Source: a virus
Taxonomy: Duplodnaviria; Caudoviricetes
Virus record (IMG/VR): IMGVR_UViG_3300032038_000033
Span: 1 to 64,000 of that record
DNA length: 64,000 nt
Strand: one strand, 5' to 3'
A program made the position numbers and the translations under genes. This document shows positions 11,025 to 21,299 of this stretch, piece after piece. How positions within the stretch are numbered: position 1 is the first letter of the stretch; the number at the start of each line of letters is the position of its first letter. The notes beneath the pieces were generated by a model. The model did no database searches. It worked only from the letters and a program-made list of their open reading frames with translations, and was not told the origin of the DNA.

Positions 11025-11753
11025 ATGAAAAAAGTATTATTATATAGTGGTGGTATGGATAGTTGGTTAATTAGTAATATATGGAAACCTGACATTAAGT
11101 TATATGTTAATATGCATACACGTTATTCAGAACAAGAAATAAAGAAAATAAAGGAAAATAATGAAGATGTAACCATTATAGATTTTCCATTAGGTCAATG
11201 GGAACGTGAAGATGCTATAATTCCTCTTCGCAATTTATATTTAGTTATGGTAGCTTGTAATATTACATATGATGAAGATGTTGAAATTTGTTTAGGTGCT
11301 ACAGCAGGTGACCGAGTATTAGATAAATCTTCTGAATTTGTAACTAAAACAAATGATTTACTAAATTATCTATATAAACCTCAACATTGGATACCAAAAG
11401 GTAAGCAGGTTAAAATTAATATTGATTTTAAATCAAAAACAAAGACAGAACTTATTAAAATGTTTGTAGAAAATGGAGGAAATATAGATGAAGCATTTCA
11501 TAAATCTTTTAGCTGTTATAATCCTATAGATGGTTGTGAATGTTGGAAATGTAAACCTTGTTTTAGAAAATTTGTATCTTTTAATTTAAATAATTATAAA
11601 TTTACAAATACACAAATTCATACAGTCATTAATTATATTAATACAGAGATTAAACCTCAAATTATTAATGGGACATACGGTAGAGGTAAACAGGAAGAGC
11701 AAGATATTTTAAATATATTAGACAAATATAAGGATTTTATAGATGAAAAATAA
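11025..11753 (+). CDS. queC: QueC-like 7-cyano-7-deazaguanine synthase
   Basis: SGGMDS PP-loop, IPLRN, SCY...CWKCKPC. Confidence 0.8.
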   Translation: MKKVLLYSGGMDSWLISNIWKPDIKLYVNMHTRYSEQEIKKIKENNEDVTIIDFPLGQWEREDAIIPLRNLYLVMVACNITYDEDVEICLGATAGDRVLDKSSEFVTKTNDLLNYLYKPQHWIPKGKQVKINIDFKSKTKTELIKMFVENGGNIDEAFHKSFSCYNPIDGCECWKCKPCFRKFVSFNLNNYKFTNTQIHTVINYINTEIKPQIINGTYGRGKQEEQDILNILDKYKDFIDEK

Positions 11754-12078
11754 AATAATTGCAATTGATTTTGATGGTACTATAACTGACGATACACCTT
11801 ATCCTGTTTGTGGAAATCTTCGTACAGAAGCAGTAATTTACATTCATAAACTTTATAAATTGGGTTATAAGTTAGTTCTATGGACTGCTCGTAAAGATAA
11901 ATATTATGATGAATGTATTTACAAGTTAAAGGAATGGAATCTATATAAATATTTCTCGTTTGATAATTTAACTAATACAAATGGTAAAATTTATGCTGAC
12001 TTTTATATTGATGACCGTTCTTTAATGGAAAAAATTGATTGGAAAAAAATCTATAATTATATTATAAATAACATTTGA
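11743..12078 (+). CDS. HAD-superfamily phosphatase
   Basis: IAIDFDGTI, LWTAR, K..ADFYIDDR. Confidence 0.8.
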   Translation: MKNKIIAIDFDGTITDDTPYPVCGNLRTEAVIYIHKLYKLGYKLVLWTARKDKYYDECIYKLKEWNLYKYFSFDNLTNTNGKIYADFYIDDRSLMEKIDWKKIYNYIINNI

Positions 12079-12185
12079 TTTAAGATAATTCTAATTTTTA
12101 AAATTAAGTTACAATTATATTATAATTAGTTAATATTTTAAGTGTATAATATTATTACAGATATAATTAAAGGAGAAATGTAATT

Positions 12186-12542
12186 ATGTATTATGTTAGT
12201 AAACGAATGGAAATAGCAGGTTCACATCAACTTAAACTTCCTTATGAAAGTCCTTGTAGTAAATTACACGGTCATAACTGGTTCATAACTGTTCATTGTA
12301 AAGCAAAAGATGTAACAGATTATGGAATGATAATTGATTTTGCTAAAATTAAAAAAGAAATTCACGGATTTCTTGACCACGGTTATCTTAATGAACTCTT
12401 ACCTAATATGAACCCTACTGCTGAAAATATTGCTAAGTGGATTTGTAATAAAGTAACTGAAATGTGTGAAGTAGGTTATTGTTATAAGGTAGAAGTTCAA
12501 GAAAGTGAAGGAAATATAGCCATATATAATGTTGATGAATAA
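12186..12542 (+). CDS. queD: 6-carboxytetrahydropterin synthase
   Basis: CSKLHGHNW, IDF, LDH, NPTAENIA, ES. Confidence 0.92.
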   Translation: MYYVSKRMEIAGSHQLKLPYESPCSKLHGHNWFITVHCKAKDVTDYGMIIDFAKIKKEIHGFLDHGYLNELLPNMNPTAENIAKWICNKVTEMCEVGYCYKVEVQESEGNIAIYNVDE

Positions 12543-12554
12543 GAGGTTTTATGT

Positions 12555-13241
12555 ATGTTAATTAGCGAAATTTTTTCAAGTATTGACGGTGAAGGTGTTA
12601 GAAGTGGATATTTAGCTACATTCATTAGGACAATTGGTTGTCCTTTAAGATGTAGTTATTGTGATACTTCTTATGCTTTTAAACCTGATAATAATACAAA
12701 AGATATGTCCATACCGGATATAGTAAATGCTTGTCTAAATCTATGTAATTCTCGTATTACAATTACTGGAGGAGAACCTTTAATACAGGACGATATAAAA
12801 GAATTGATAGAATCTCTTTTAGTTAATGGTTTTTATCTAAATATAGAAACATCGGGTTCTGTTTTTTTAAATATTAAAGAATGTAACAATATAATACAAG
12901 ATGCTTATAATGACGGTAGACTCTTTTTTACTTATGATTATAAGTGTCCTACCAGTGGTATGTCTGATAGAATGAAATCCATTATATTTGAAAATCTTGG
13001 ACCCAATGATATATTAAAATTTGTTGTAGGTTCTGTCGAAGATTTAGATTTTATGAAATCCATTATTTCTGATTTAGATAGTAGACATAATTATACAAAT
13101 AAATATTATGTAAGTCCTGTATTTGGAAATATAGAACCTGTTAATATAGTAGAGTATCTTAAAGAAAATAATTTACAAAATGTAAGGTTACAATTACAGA
13201 TTCATAAAATAATATGGGATAAAAATATGAGAGGAGTGTAA
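12555..13241 (+). CDS. queE: 7-carboxy-7-deazaguanine synthase (radical SAM)
   Basis: EIFSSIDGEG, GCPLRCSYCDT, TGGEP, QIHK. Confidence 0.93.
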   Translation: MLISEIFSSIDGEGVRSGYLATFIRTIGCPLRCSYCDTSYAFKPDNNTKDMSIPDIVNACLNLCNSRITITGGEPLIQDDIKELIESLLVNGFYLNIETSGSVFLNIKECNNIIQDAYNDGRLFFTYDYKCPTSGMSDRMKSIIFENLGPNDILKFVVGSVEDLDFMKSIISDLDSRHNYTNKYYVSPVFGNIEPVNIVEYLKENNLQNVRLQLQIHKIIWDKNMRGV

Positions 13242-13248
13242 TTTACAA

Positions 13249-13824
13249 ATGGCTTATGATTATGAACTTGTAAAAGAAAGTGTTAAAAATATTCTTATCG
13301 GTATTGGTGAGGACCCAAATAGACCTGGACTTATCGAAACTCCTGATAGAGTAGCTCGTATGTATAAAGAAATATTCGAAGGAATACAATACACTAATGA
13401 CCAAATAGGTGAAATGTTTAATAAATGTTTTGACGATGTACAAACAGAAGACCTTGTAGTTATTAGTAATATTCCTGTATTCAGTTATTGTGAACATCAT
13501 ATGGCTTTAATGTATAATATGAAGGTTTCTGTAGGTTATATACCTAATGGAAAAGTTATAGGATTATCTAAAGTTGCTCGAATAGCTGATATGGTAGCAA
13601 GAAGATTACAGATACAAGAGCGTATTGGTACAGATATATGTGACATTTTACAGAAGATATTAAATACTGAAAATGTTATAGTAGTTATTGAAGGAGAACA
13701 TTCTTGTATGACTGCCAGAGGTATTAAAAAACCCGGAACTATTACAAAAACAGCTTCTTTAAGGGGTGCTTTTAAAGACAATTATAATTTAAGAACTGAG
13801 TTCTATTCTTTAATAGGTGATTAG
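13249..13824 (+). CDS. folE: GTP cyclohydrolase I
   Basis: ETPDRVA, CEHH, GLSK, QIQER, HSCM..RG. Confidence 0.95.
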   Translation: MAYDYELVKESVKNILIGIGEDPNRPGLIETPDRVARMYKEIFEGIQYTNDQIGEMFNKCFDDVQTEDLVVISNIPVFSYCEHHMALMYNMKVSVGYIPNGKVIGLSKVARIADMVARRLQIQERIGTDICDILQKILNTENVIVVIEGEHSCMTARGIKKPGTITKTASLRGAFKDNYNLRTEFYSLIGD

Positions 13825-13825
13825 T

Positions 13826-14362
13826 ATGACTACCAAAATATTATATACTAATAATATAATTCAAAATAGAGTTAATGAACTTGCTAAAGAAATAACAAAT
13901 TACTTTAAGTCCAAAAATAATAAACCATTATTAGTAATAGGAGTATTAAATGGATGTTATTTGTTTTTTGCAGATTTAACTCGTAATTTGAATTTAGAAG
14001 TAGAGACAGAATTCATTAAAATTAGTAGTTATTACAATAATAAAAGAAGTTCAAATATAACTTTTGAATACGAAAATCTAAGCAAATATAATTTAAAAGA
14101 ATATAACATTTTAATTATTGATGATATTGTTGATACTGGAAGTAGTGCAAATAACTTATTAAATTATTTTATTGAAAATTATAATTTGCAGAAAGAACAG
14201 ATAGTTTTTTGTACCTTGTTATATAAGAGATTTAAGAATAATACTGAATTTATTCCAGATTTTGTAGGTTTTGAATTAGATAAAGACTATTTTGTTGTTG
14301 GTTATGGTATGGACGACAATAATAAGTGTAGAAATACAAACTATATTTATTATAATAATTAA
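13826..14362 (+). CDS. HPRT-like purine phosphoribosyltransferase
   Basis: GVLNG..FFADL, LIIDDIVDTG, FVVGYGMD. Confidence 0.85.
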   Translation: MTTKILYTNNIIQNRVNELAKEITNYFKSKNNKPLLVIGVLNGCYLFFADLTRNLNLEVETEFIKISSYYNNKRSSNITFEYENLSKYNLKEYNILIIDDIVDTGSSANNLLNYFIENYNLQKEQIVFCTLLYKRFKNNTEFIPDFVGFELDKDYFVVGYGMDDNNKCRNTNYIYYNN

Positions 14363-14380
14363 ATAGGAGGCATTAATAAT

Positions 14381-15529
14381 ATGCAATTTAAAATTTTAAC
14401 AAAAACAATGCAGGATATGATTAATAAAGTTACTAAAGGTGCAGGTAATAATAAGTTACTTCCGCTTACAAGTATGATTGATATTAACCTTGAAAATGAA
14501 GTATTATCTTTTACTACAACAGATATGAATAATTATTTTACAGTTAAAGAAACTGGCATTAAAGGTGATAATTTCAATGTAGTTATTCCGATAGATACTT
14601 TTAGTAAATTGGTTCAGAAAACTACTACTGATACTATTACTATTGAATTAAATGATACTAATATTAAATTTACTGGTAATGGTACTTATAATTTACCTAT
14701 TGCTGTTGATGAAGAAGGTCTTGGTGTTAAGTTTCCACAGTATAGTTTTCCTGCCGAATTTGATACAGATACTATTAAACTTTCAGATATTAGAAAAGTA
14801 ATTGAAAATAATAGTTCGTGTCTTTCAACAGATATGTCAACTCCTTGTTTAACTGGTTATTACTTTGATAATAATACAATATCTACTGATAGTATAGCTA
14901 TTTGTATTAATAAGAGTAAGATATTTAATAAGGCTGTACTTCTTTCCCCTATTGTTATAAATCTTTTAGGTTTATTTGATAAAGAAGATATTACAGTACA
15001 GACAGCACTTAATAAGATTAAGTTTATTACACCTAATATTATTCTTTGTGCAACTATAATGGAAGATGTTGAAGATTATCCCGCAGAAGCCATTGAGGGT
15101 TATCTTGATGCTGAATTTAGCAATAGCTGTAAAATAAATAAATCAACACTTATAGGTGTACTTGATAGAATGTTGATTTTTATTGATGAAAATAGAGATA
15201 ATTTCAGCGGAACACTTATATTTAGTGATAAAGGTTTACTTATAAGAAATAAAGATAATACAGCAAGTGAGCTTATTCCTTATGTAACTAATTCTTTAAC
15301 TGGTATTACTGGTCCATATGAATGTAATATAAATATAAGCATACTTAAATCACAGATTAGTAGCTGTTCTGATGAAAATGTAAATATCTATTTTGGTCAC
15401 GATATCTGTATTAAACTTGAATCTGAAAACATTGTAAAGATTATTGCACTTACAGAAGATGATACAGAAGAAGACTATGAAGATAATGTTGAAGAAGAAA
15501 ATAAAAACTCTGACGAAGTAGAGGAGTAA
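14381..15529 (+). CDS. Sliding clamp, DNA Pol III beta-like
   Basis: About 380 aa; LSFTTTD, LTGYYF..STD, DYP; clamp-loader genes nearby. Confidence 0.75.
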   Translation: MQFKILTKTMQDMINKVTKGAGNNKLLPLTSMIDINLENEVLSFTTTDMNNYFTVKETGIKGDNFNVVIPIDTFSKLVQKTTTDTITIELNDTNIKFTGNGTYNLPIAVDEEGLGVKFPQYSFPAEFDTDTIKLSDIRKVIENNSSCLSTDMSTPCLTGYYFDNNTISTDSIAICINKSKIFNKAVLLSPIVINLLGLFDKEDITVQTALNKIKFITPNIILCATIMEDVEDYPAEAIEGYLDAEFSNSCKINKSTLIGVLDRMLIFIDENRDNFSGTLIFSDKGLLIRNKDNTASELIPYVTNSLTGITGPYECNINISILKSQISSCSDENVNIYFGHDICIKLESENIVKIIALTEDDTEEDYEDNVEEENKNSDEVEE

Positions 15530-15536
15530 TATTAAT

Positions 15537-16343
15537 ATGGGAAAGGTAAATCTTTCTCGTATTTGTAAATTGGTTGATATAGCAAGTAATGAAGATAAGT
15601 CTGTTGCAGATTCATTCTTAGCAGACTTATCTTACGCTATACGCAAATACGAAGAAATAAATCAACCAGAAACAGTATCTAAATCATATAAGCCTTCATC
15701 TTTACATTGTATAAGAAATATGTATTATCAAGTTACGGGTCAGAAGTTAGAAACAAATAGTGCTGTTTCTTCTGACTTTATAGGTATTTGTCAATCAGGT
15801 ACTAATAGACATAATGACATTCAAAATGCTATATCTAAGATGAAAGAACTTAATGTAGATTGTGAGTATGTAAATGTTGCAGAATATGTTAAGGAAAATA
15901 AACTACCTGATTTAGAAATAATAGAACAGTGTGGAAATGAAACTAAGTTATTTAATTCTAAATATAATATAAGATTTTTATGTGATGGCATTATAAAATA
16001 TCAAGGTAAATATTATATATTAGAGATAAAAACAGAATCAAGTTTCAAGTGGAACGGTAGAACTGATGTTGATGATAGTCATAAATTACAAGCTACTGCA
16101 TATAGTCTATCTTTAGGCTTAAATAAAGTTATTTTCTTATATGAGAATAGAGATGTATGTTCAAAGAAATGTTATGTGTTTGAAGTTACAGATGATATGA
16201 GAAATAGACTTATTTCTAAGATAGCCACTTGTGATAATTGTGTAGCTAATAATAAAGTTCCTTATATGCCGTTTGTTGATTATAATAATAAGCATTGTAA
16301 GTATTGTAATTACATAGAACAATGTAAGAGGGATAATAACTAA
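15537..16343 (+). CDS. Cas4-like PD-(D/E)xK exonuclease
   Basis: PSSLHC, DGII...LEIKT, QATAY, CKYCNYIEQC. Confidence 0.8.
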   Translation: MGKVNLSRICKLVDIASNEDKSVADSFLADLSYAIRKYEEINQPETVSKSYKPSSLHCIRNMYYQVTGQKLETNSAVSSDFIGICQSGTNRHNDIQNAISKMKELNVDCEYVNVAEYVKENKLPDLEIIEQCGNETKLFNSKYNIRFLCDGIIKYQGKYYILEIKTESSFKWNGRTDVDDSHKLQATAYSLSLGLNKVIFLYENRDVCSKKCYVFEVTDDMRNRLISKIATCDNCVANNKVPYMPFVDYNNKHCKYCNYIEQCKRDNN

Positions 16344-16873
16344 TGAAGCGAAATAATGAGGGCAAGAAGTTTGAAGAACAAATTAGAAAGGCTTTAGATA
16401 AACCCGAATTAAATATATCAATGGATAGATTTAATGATAATATGGGCGGTTATTCTAATATTGCAAGTATATCTGATTTTTGTTGTTATAATTATCCATA
16501 TATGTTTTATTTAGAATGTAAATCAACATATAATAATACATTGAATTTCAAAGGAGATATTACCGAAAATCAATGGCAGGGTATGTTAGCAAAGTCTAAA
16601 TTAAGAGGTATATTAGCTGGTATATGTGTTTGGTATATGAGTTATGATGAAACATATTTTGTGCCGATACAAGAATTAGAGAGACTTAAACAAGAGGGTA
16701 AAAAGTCTTTAAATATAAGTTATTTTACAGAAAATGACAAAAATAATTTATACTATTTCCCGATTACAGGAAAAAAGAAAGTAAAATATACTGATTATAA
16801 TACAGAAATGTTCTTAGATAACTTAAAGAAAATGACAGAACATTTTATGAATGGAAGTGATAATAATGCCTGA
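16343..16873 (+). CDS. RecU-like Holliday junction resolvase
   Basis: GKKFE, SDF, YLECKST, ITENQ. Confidence 0.75.
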   Translation: MKRNNEGKKFEEQIRKALDKPELNISMDRFNDNMGGYSNIASISDFCCYNYPYMFYLECKSTYNNTLNFKGDITENQWQGMLAKSKLRGILAGICVWYMSYDETYFVPIQELERLKQEGKKSLNISYFTENDKNNLYYFPITGKKKVKYTDYNTEMFLDNLKKMTEHFMNGSDNNA

Positions 16874-17399
16874 AATACATTTAGCAAATGCCGATAATGA
16901 AACAGATACAGAATTAAACAATACAATCAATTATATAGACAACATATCTGTTTTAATAGAACAATATGTAGAAAATATAGTAGCTACTAATTGTGCTGAA
17001 TTAGATGATTATGTGAATTATATTAAATCTGTTCTGGCTGATGATACTAATGAAATACCTACTAAAGTATTAGAAGATATTACTTTAGCATTACCAACAC
17101 TTTTATATCAGTTATCAGATATTTCAGAAAGAATTGGCGTTAAAGAAGATATATCTAAATCAATAAAAACAGAAGTATATAATAAGATAGTGTTAAATTC
17201 TTCTGGTAAAGCTACTGAAAATAAACTTAAAGCAGAGTTAGAAACACAATCAGAAAACTTAGCTTTAATAGTATATCAGAGAGCATATAAGACAATGAAA
17301 TGTAAAGTAGATTTCGGCTTAGAATTATTACAATCTACTAAGAAAATATTATCAAAACGTATTACTGAAATGGAATTAAGTAGAAGTGTAAGTCAATAA
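16866..17399 (+). CDS. Helical protein, possible recombination mediator
   Basis: Coiled-coil character, directly upstream of recA; positional inference. Confidence 0.35.
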   Translation: MPEIHLANADNETDTELNNTINYIDNISVLIEQYVENIVATNCAELDDYVNYIKSVLADDTNEIPTKVLEDITLALPTLLYQLSDISERIGVKEDISKSIKTEVYNKIVLNSSGKATENKLKAELETQSENLALIVYQRAYKTMKCKVDFGLELLQSTKKILSKRITEMELSRSVSQ

Positions 17400-17413
17400 G
17401 GGAGTGATTCATT

Positions 17414-18556
17414 TTGGCAACTAAATTAGAAGAATTAGTAAAGAAATTTAATAGTGAACACGAAGGAACTATATTAGTAACTGGTAGTATTACTTATAAT
17501 ATAGAAAGAATACCCTTTTCCAGTCCGAGAGCTAATTATATGACTTATGGTGGTATTCCACTTGGTAGAGTTATTGAGTTTGCTGGGGAAGAGAATGGTG
17601 GTAAAACTACCACGGCATTAGATATAGTAAGTAATGCTCAGAAGTATTTTCAACAAGAATGGGAAGAAGAAGTAGAAAAACTTACTAATAGTAAAAATCT
17701 TAGTAAAGCTCAAACTTTAAGATTACAATATTTAAATGAAAGAGGACCCAGAACAGTTCTTTGGATTGATTCAGAAAATACTTTTGACGATACTTGGGCA
17801 GAAAAATTAGGTGTTAATTTAAATATATTACTTAAAATGACCCCTCAGCAAGAATACGCAGAAGAAATTTTTGAAATGGCATTAGCCCTTATGGATTCTG
17901 GTGATATTGGTTTAGTCGTATTAGATAGTTTAGGTATCTTAATGTCTAAACAACAATATGAAAAGAATGTTGAAGATAAAACTTATGGTGGTATTGCTAT
18001 GGCTCTTACAAGATTCTCTAAAGAAGCCTGTATGATATGTGCTAAACAAAAATGTTCTTTCATTGGTATAAATCAGCTTAGAGATGATATGAATAGTATG
18101 TATGGAGGTACTACAACTACTGGTGGTAGAGCTTGGAAACATAATTGCAGTTTAAGAATTATGTTTAGAAAAGGTAATCTATTTGATGAAAAGTATAAGG
18201 ATATACCTCGTAAATCTGAAACCGCTGTGGGTAATATTGTTGAAATGCAAATTGTAAAGACTAAAGTATGTAAGCCAGACAGACTTAAAGGTGATTATAG
18301 CTTACTTTATGAATCTGGTGTAGACGCATTACACGATTTAATAGATTTATCTATTAGTTATGGACTTATAAATAAGTCCGGTGCTTGGTTTACATTTGTA
18401 GAGCCTGAAACTGGTGAACTTGTTTTAGATATGAACGGTGATAATGTGAAATTACAAGGTGAATTGAATGTACGAAAGTATCTATTAGAGAATGAAGAAC
18501 TAACACAAAAATACTATTCTGAAATTCATAAGATTTGTACAACACAAGAAAACTAA
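17414..18556 (+). CDS. recA: RecA recombinase
   Basis: GGIPLGRVIEFAGEENGGKTT, VLDS, INQLR, TTGGRAWKH, GAWF. Confidence 0.93.
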   Translation: MATKLEELVKKFNSEHEGTILVTGSITYNIERIPFSSPRANYMTYGGIPLGRVIEFAGEENGGKTTTALDIVSNAQKYFQQEWEEEVEKLTNSKNLSKAQTLRLQYLNERGPRTVLWIDSENTFDDTWAEKLGVNLNILLKMTPQQEYAEEIFEMALALMDSGDIGLVVLDSLGILMSKQQYEKNVEDKTYGGIAMALTRFSKEACMICAKQKCSFIGINQLRDDMNSMYGGTTTTGGRAWKHNCSLRIMFRKGNLFDEKYKDIPRKSETAVGNIVEMQIVKTKVCKPDRLKGDYSLLYESGVDALHDLIDLSISYGLINKSGAWFTFVEPETGELVLDMNGDNVKLQGELNVRKYLLENEELTQKYYSEIHKICTTQEN

Positions 18557-18689
18557 TAGATTTAATACTTTGTTTATAAAATATTAAATCTACTATAACA
18601 TATAATATCTCCAAATGTGTTATAATAACTACAGTACAAAAGATAGTACAAAAAAAAACGTGTAAAAAACATTTGGAGAGGTATTTATT

Positions 18690-19145
18690 ATGGAACTGAG
18701 AACTTATAGACACGCAAAAGAATATTATGATAACTTTATATTAATACTCAAAAAGCGTAAGGCACAGAAGATAGAAGAGCTTAGGCGATTAGCTAAAATC
18801 AAGTATTGTTTAGAATTATCATATATAGTAGCGGCAACAATGTTTACAATGGGGGCAATTATATTTAGTTGCTTTACAGATGAAACAAAACTTAGAACAT
18901 CGGCAATAGTAATGTTTATGTTTGTATCTATAGCAATTATACTTAGCTGTATATATCTGTTATATCTCATAATAAGAAATATAGATATTACTAAAGAACG
19001 TATTAGAGATTTGGACTATAAGATTGAGAATACAGAGCTTATAGTTCATACTAATGCAAAGTTTGATACAATTGAATTTGCTTCTAAAAATAATTGGTTT
19101 CTTGATTCATTAGATGAAATCAATAAGTTAAATATAGAAGACTAA
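18690..19145 (+). CDS. Hypothetical membrane protein (2 TM)
   Basis: Two hydrophobic segments; RBS GAGG. Confidence 0.55.
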   Translation: MELRTYRHAKEYYDNFILILKKRKAQKIEELRRLAKIKYCLELSYIVAATMFTMGAIIFSCFTDETKLRTSAIVMFMFVSIAIILSCIYLLYLIIRNIDITKERIRDLDYKIENTELIVHTNAKFDTIEFASKNNWFLDSLDEINKLNIED

Positions 19146-19164
19146 TTGAAGGAAGTGTAGTAAA

Positions 19165-19617
19165 ATGGGTAGTAGTTATGAAAAGGTAATTGATAACTTA
19201 GATGAAACATCAAAGTATTATTATTTACATAATTGCTACCCTATTACTATATCTTATAAAGGACTTACATATTTAAATTTACAATCTACCTATGAAGCAC
19301 AGAAAGAACTAAATGCTGTCAATAGAATTAAATATACAACGACTACCGGATATTATGCTATGATATTATCCGCCAACTTAGATAAAACTGTAAGTGATAA
19401 AGTGTTTTATGAACTTTTAAAGATAAAGTTTAGTGATGAAATACTTAAAGAAAAATTGCTTGACACTAAAGATTATGAAATCGTTTATAAAAATACTTGG
19501 CACGATAATACATTTGGTGTTTGTATATGTGACAAGTGTAAAGACATTACAGGCGAAAACAAGTTAGGTAAATATTTAATGCAGCTGAGAGAAGAATTAC
19601 TGAATGAAAGTAAATAA
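19165..19617 (+). CDS. NADAR (YbiA-like) protein
   Basis: KFS..LKEKLLDT, NTWHDNTFG, GENKLGKYLMQLRE. Confidence 0.8.
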   Translation: MGSSYEKVIDNLDETSKYYYLHNCYPITISYKGLTYLNLQSTYEAQKELNAVNRIKYTTTTGYYAMILSANLDKTVSDKVFYELLKIKFSDEILKEKLLDTKDYEIVYKNTWHDNTFGVCICDKCKDITGENKLGKYLMQLREELLNESK

Positions 19618-20068
19618 TCATAATTATAGAAGAAAGAAAAATAATCATAAGCATAAAAATAAAGTAAAGAAGCCTAAAATATTTTATGCTAATACAAATT
19701 TACTTGCCTATGTAACTTATATTGTTATAGATAAAAGATATGCTATCTGTACTGCTGTAGCTAAAAAAGGAATTGAAAGTTGTTTTAACATAAAAGATTT
19801 TCCAAATAATTTAGGCTATCACCCACATATTGAATTATTGAATACAATAAATGAAATTACTCACAATACATACATTTATAGATTAGATGTAGATTTTGAT
19901 AATATTTTAGATACTATTGATGATGAAGATTTTGAAACACCTACAATGATAGATGATATTATTATAGAGAAAATAAATGAATATATGTTCTCATTAGGTA
20001 GTGTTGAAATATACGATTACAACAATGGTGAGGATATTGATTATTTAAACGAGCCTTTTGATGACTAA
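19604..20068 (+). CDS. Hypothetical protein
   Basis: 154-aa ORF overlapping the upstream stop. Confidence 0.5.
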   Translation: MKVNNHNYRRKKNNHKHKNKVKKPKIFYANTNLLAYVTYIVIDKRYAICTAVAKKGIESCFNIKDFPNNLGYHPHIELLNTINEITHNTYIYRLDVDFDNILDTIDDEDFETPTMIDDIIIEKINEYMFSLGSVEIYDYNNGEDIDYLNEPFDD

Positions 20069-20070
20069 TT

Positions 20071-20124
20071 TTAATACTAATTTAACATTATAAATATTAT
20101 TTAGTAACATTTTTATGTTATAAT
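20071..20124 (+). promoter_or_regulatory. Phage promoter, repeat-box class
   Basis: TTAATA-N5-TTAACA-N31-TATAAT. Confidence 0.65.
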
Positions 20125-20178
20125 ATAACTTAACGTTAAACACACTAAAATTTATGAACAGAAAGGGGAATTTTGTTT

Positions 20179-21018
20179 ATGTGTGCAGAAAAAGGTTGGT
20201 ATAAGTATTTAAGAGGTAGTATTTGGTGGGTAGAGTTCAAAAAGAACTTAATGAGTGAGCATGATATTATAGGTTTACATCCTGCACTTATTATAAGTGA
20301 TAATGATATTAATGCAAAAGAACATACTGTTTTAGTAATGCCACTTAGTTCATCAGAGAAATATAAACAGTATGAAAACACATATCAAATACATAGGATA
20401 ACACTTGATAGAGATAGCTATGTTCAAGTAAACTTTCCGAGAAAGATTGAAACTAAGTATCTTAAAACATTTGTATGTTTGCTTAATGAAAATATTCTTG
20501 ATGAAATTCTTGAAAAGTTTAAGCAGTATATAGGTTTATCTGTATCAACAGATAAGGTAAAATCTATGCTTGATAATAAAATTAAATTTGAATTTACAAT
20601 TGATAATGATAATCCATTTAAGCCTTTATCTGCTAATGATTATTTCGATATGTCAAAAAATTCAACAATGCTTACTAATGTTGATACTCCTATTAATACT
20701 AAGCCTGCAACTAATTCTATGAATGAATTTGTTGATAAAGTTAAGGAAGCTAAGACAAAGACTAAATCTAAGAAGTCTAAAACACAGAATCGTAAAAATA
20801 AGTTTCCACATGGCTATTGGAAAAATATAGATAATAATATTGAATGTTGGAATGATAAACTTACAAAGAGCAGAGAATATTGTATGCAAAAGTATAAACT
20901 AACATACAAGGAACAATGGCCTAAACTTACATATAGAGTAAGGCAATTTCTCCATGAACACGGCTTAACTGATGAACAGTTAAAGAATACAATTACAAGG
21001 GAGATGTGTAAAAATTGA
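20179..21018 (+). CDS. PemK/MazF-like domain protein with basic C-terminal extension
   Basis: RGSIWWVEF...HPALIISD...VLVMPLSS. Confidence 0.65.
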   Translation: MCAEKGWYKYLRGSIWWVEFKKNLMSEHDIIGLHPALIISDNDINAKEHTVLVMPLSSSEKYKQYENTYQIHRITLDRDSYVQVNFPRKIETKYLKTFVCLLNENILDEILEKFKQYIGLSVSTDKVKSMLDNKIKFEFTIDNDNPFKPLSANDYFDMSKNSTMLTNVDTPINTKPATNSMNEFVDKVKEAKTKTKSKKSKTQNRKNKFPHGYWKNIDNNIECWNDKLTKSREYCMQKYKLTYKEQWPKLTYRVRQFLHEHGLTDEQLKNTITREMCKN

Positions 21019-21296
21019 GTTTAAAAGCAGTAGGTAATTCAGTATTACTTAAAGAAGTTAACTTAGAAGAAAAGACAGAAGCTGGCATTATTGTTAAGTC
21101 AAAGCAAATGCACCCTATTTATGAAGTAGTTTGTATTGGTGATGATATTGACTTGAAAAATGCTAATGGCGAAAATGAACTATCTGTAGGCGATTATGTT
21201 ATGATACCCCTTACAGTAGGTAATACAATAAACTATGAAAATAAAACTTATAAATATTGTAAATATTGGGAAATACTTTGTAAAGTAGAGGTTTAA
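21015..21296 (+). CDS. GroES-like co-chaperonin
   Basis: LKAVGNSVLL, EEKTEAGII, VVCIG, VGDYV. Confidence 0.8.
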   Translation: MSLKAVGNSVLLKEVNLEEKTEAGIIVKSKQMHPIYEVVCIGDDIDLKNANGENELSVGDYVMIPLTVGNTINYENKTYKYCKYWEILCKVEV

Positions 21297-21299
21297 TAT

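Noticed and set aside
15537-16343. Cas4-like gene as a sign of a CRISPR-Cas system
   Set aside because: No cas1/cas2 or repeat-spacer array seen; context is recombination (RecU, RecA), typical of solo phage Cas4-like nucleases.
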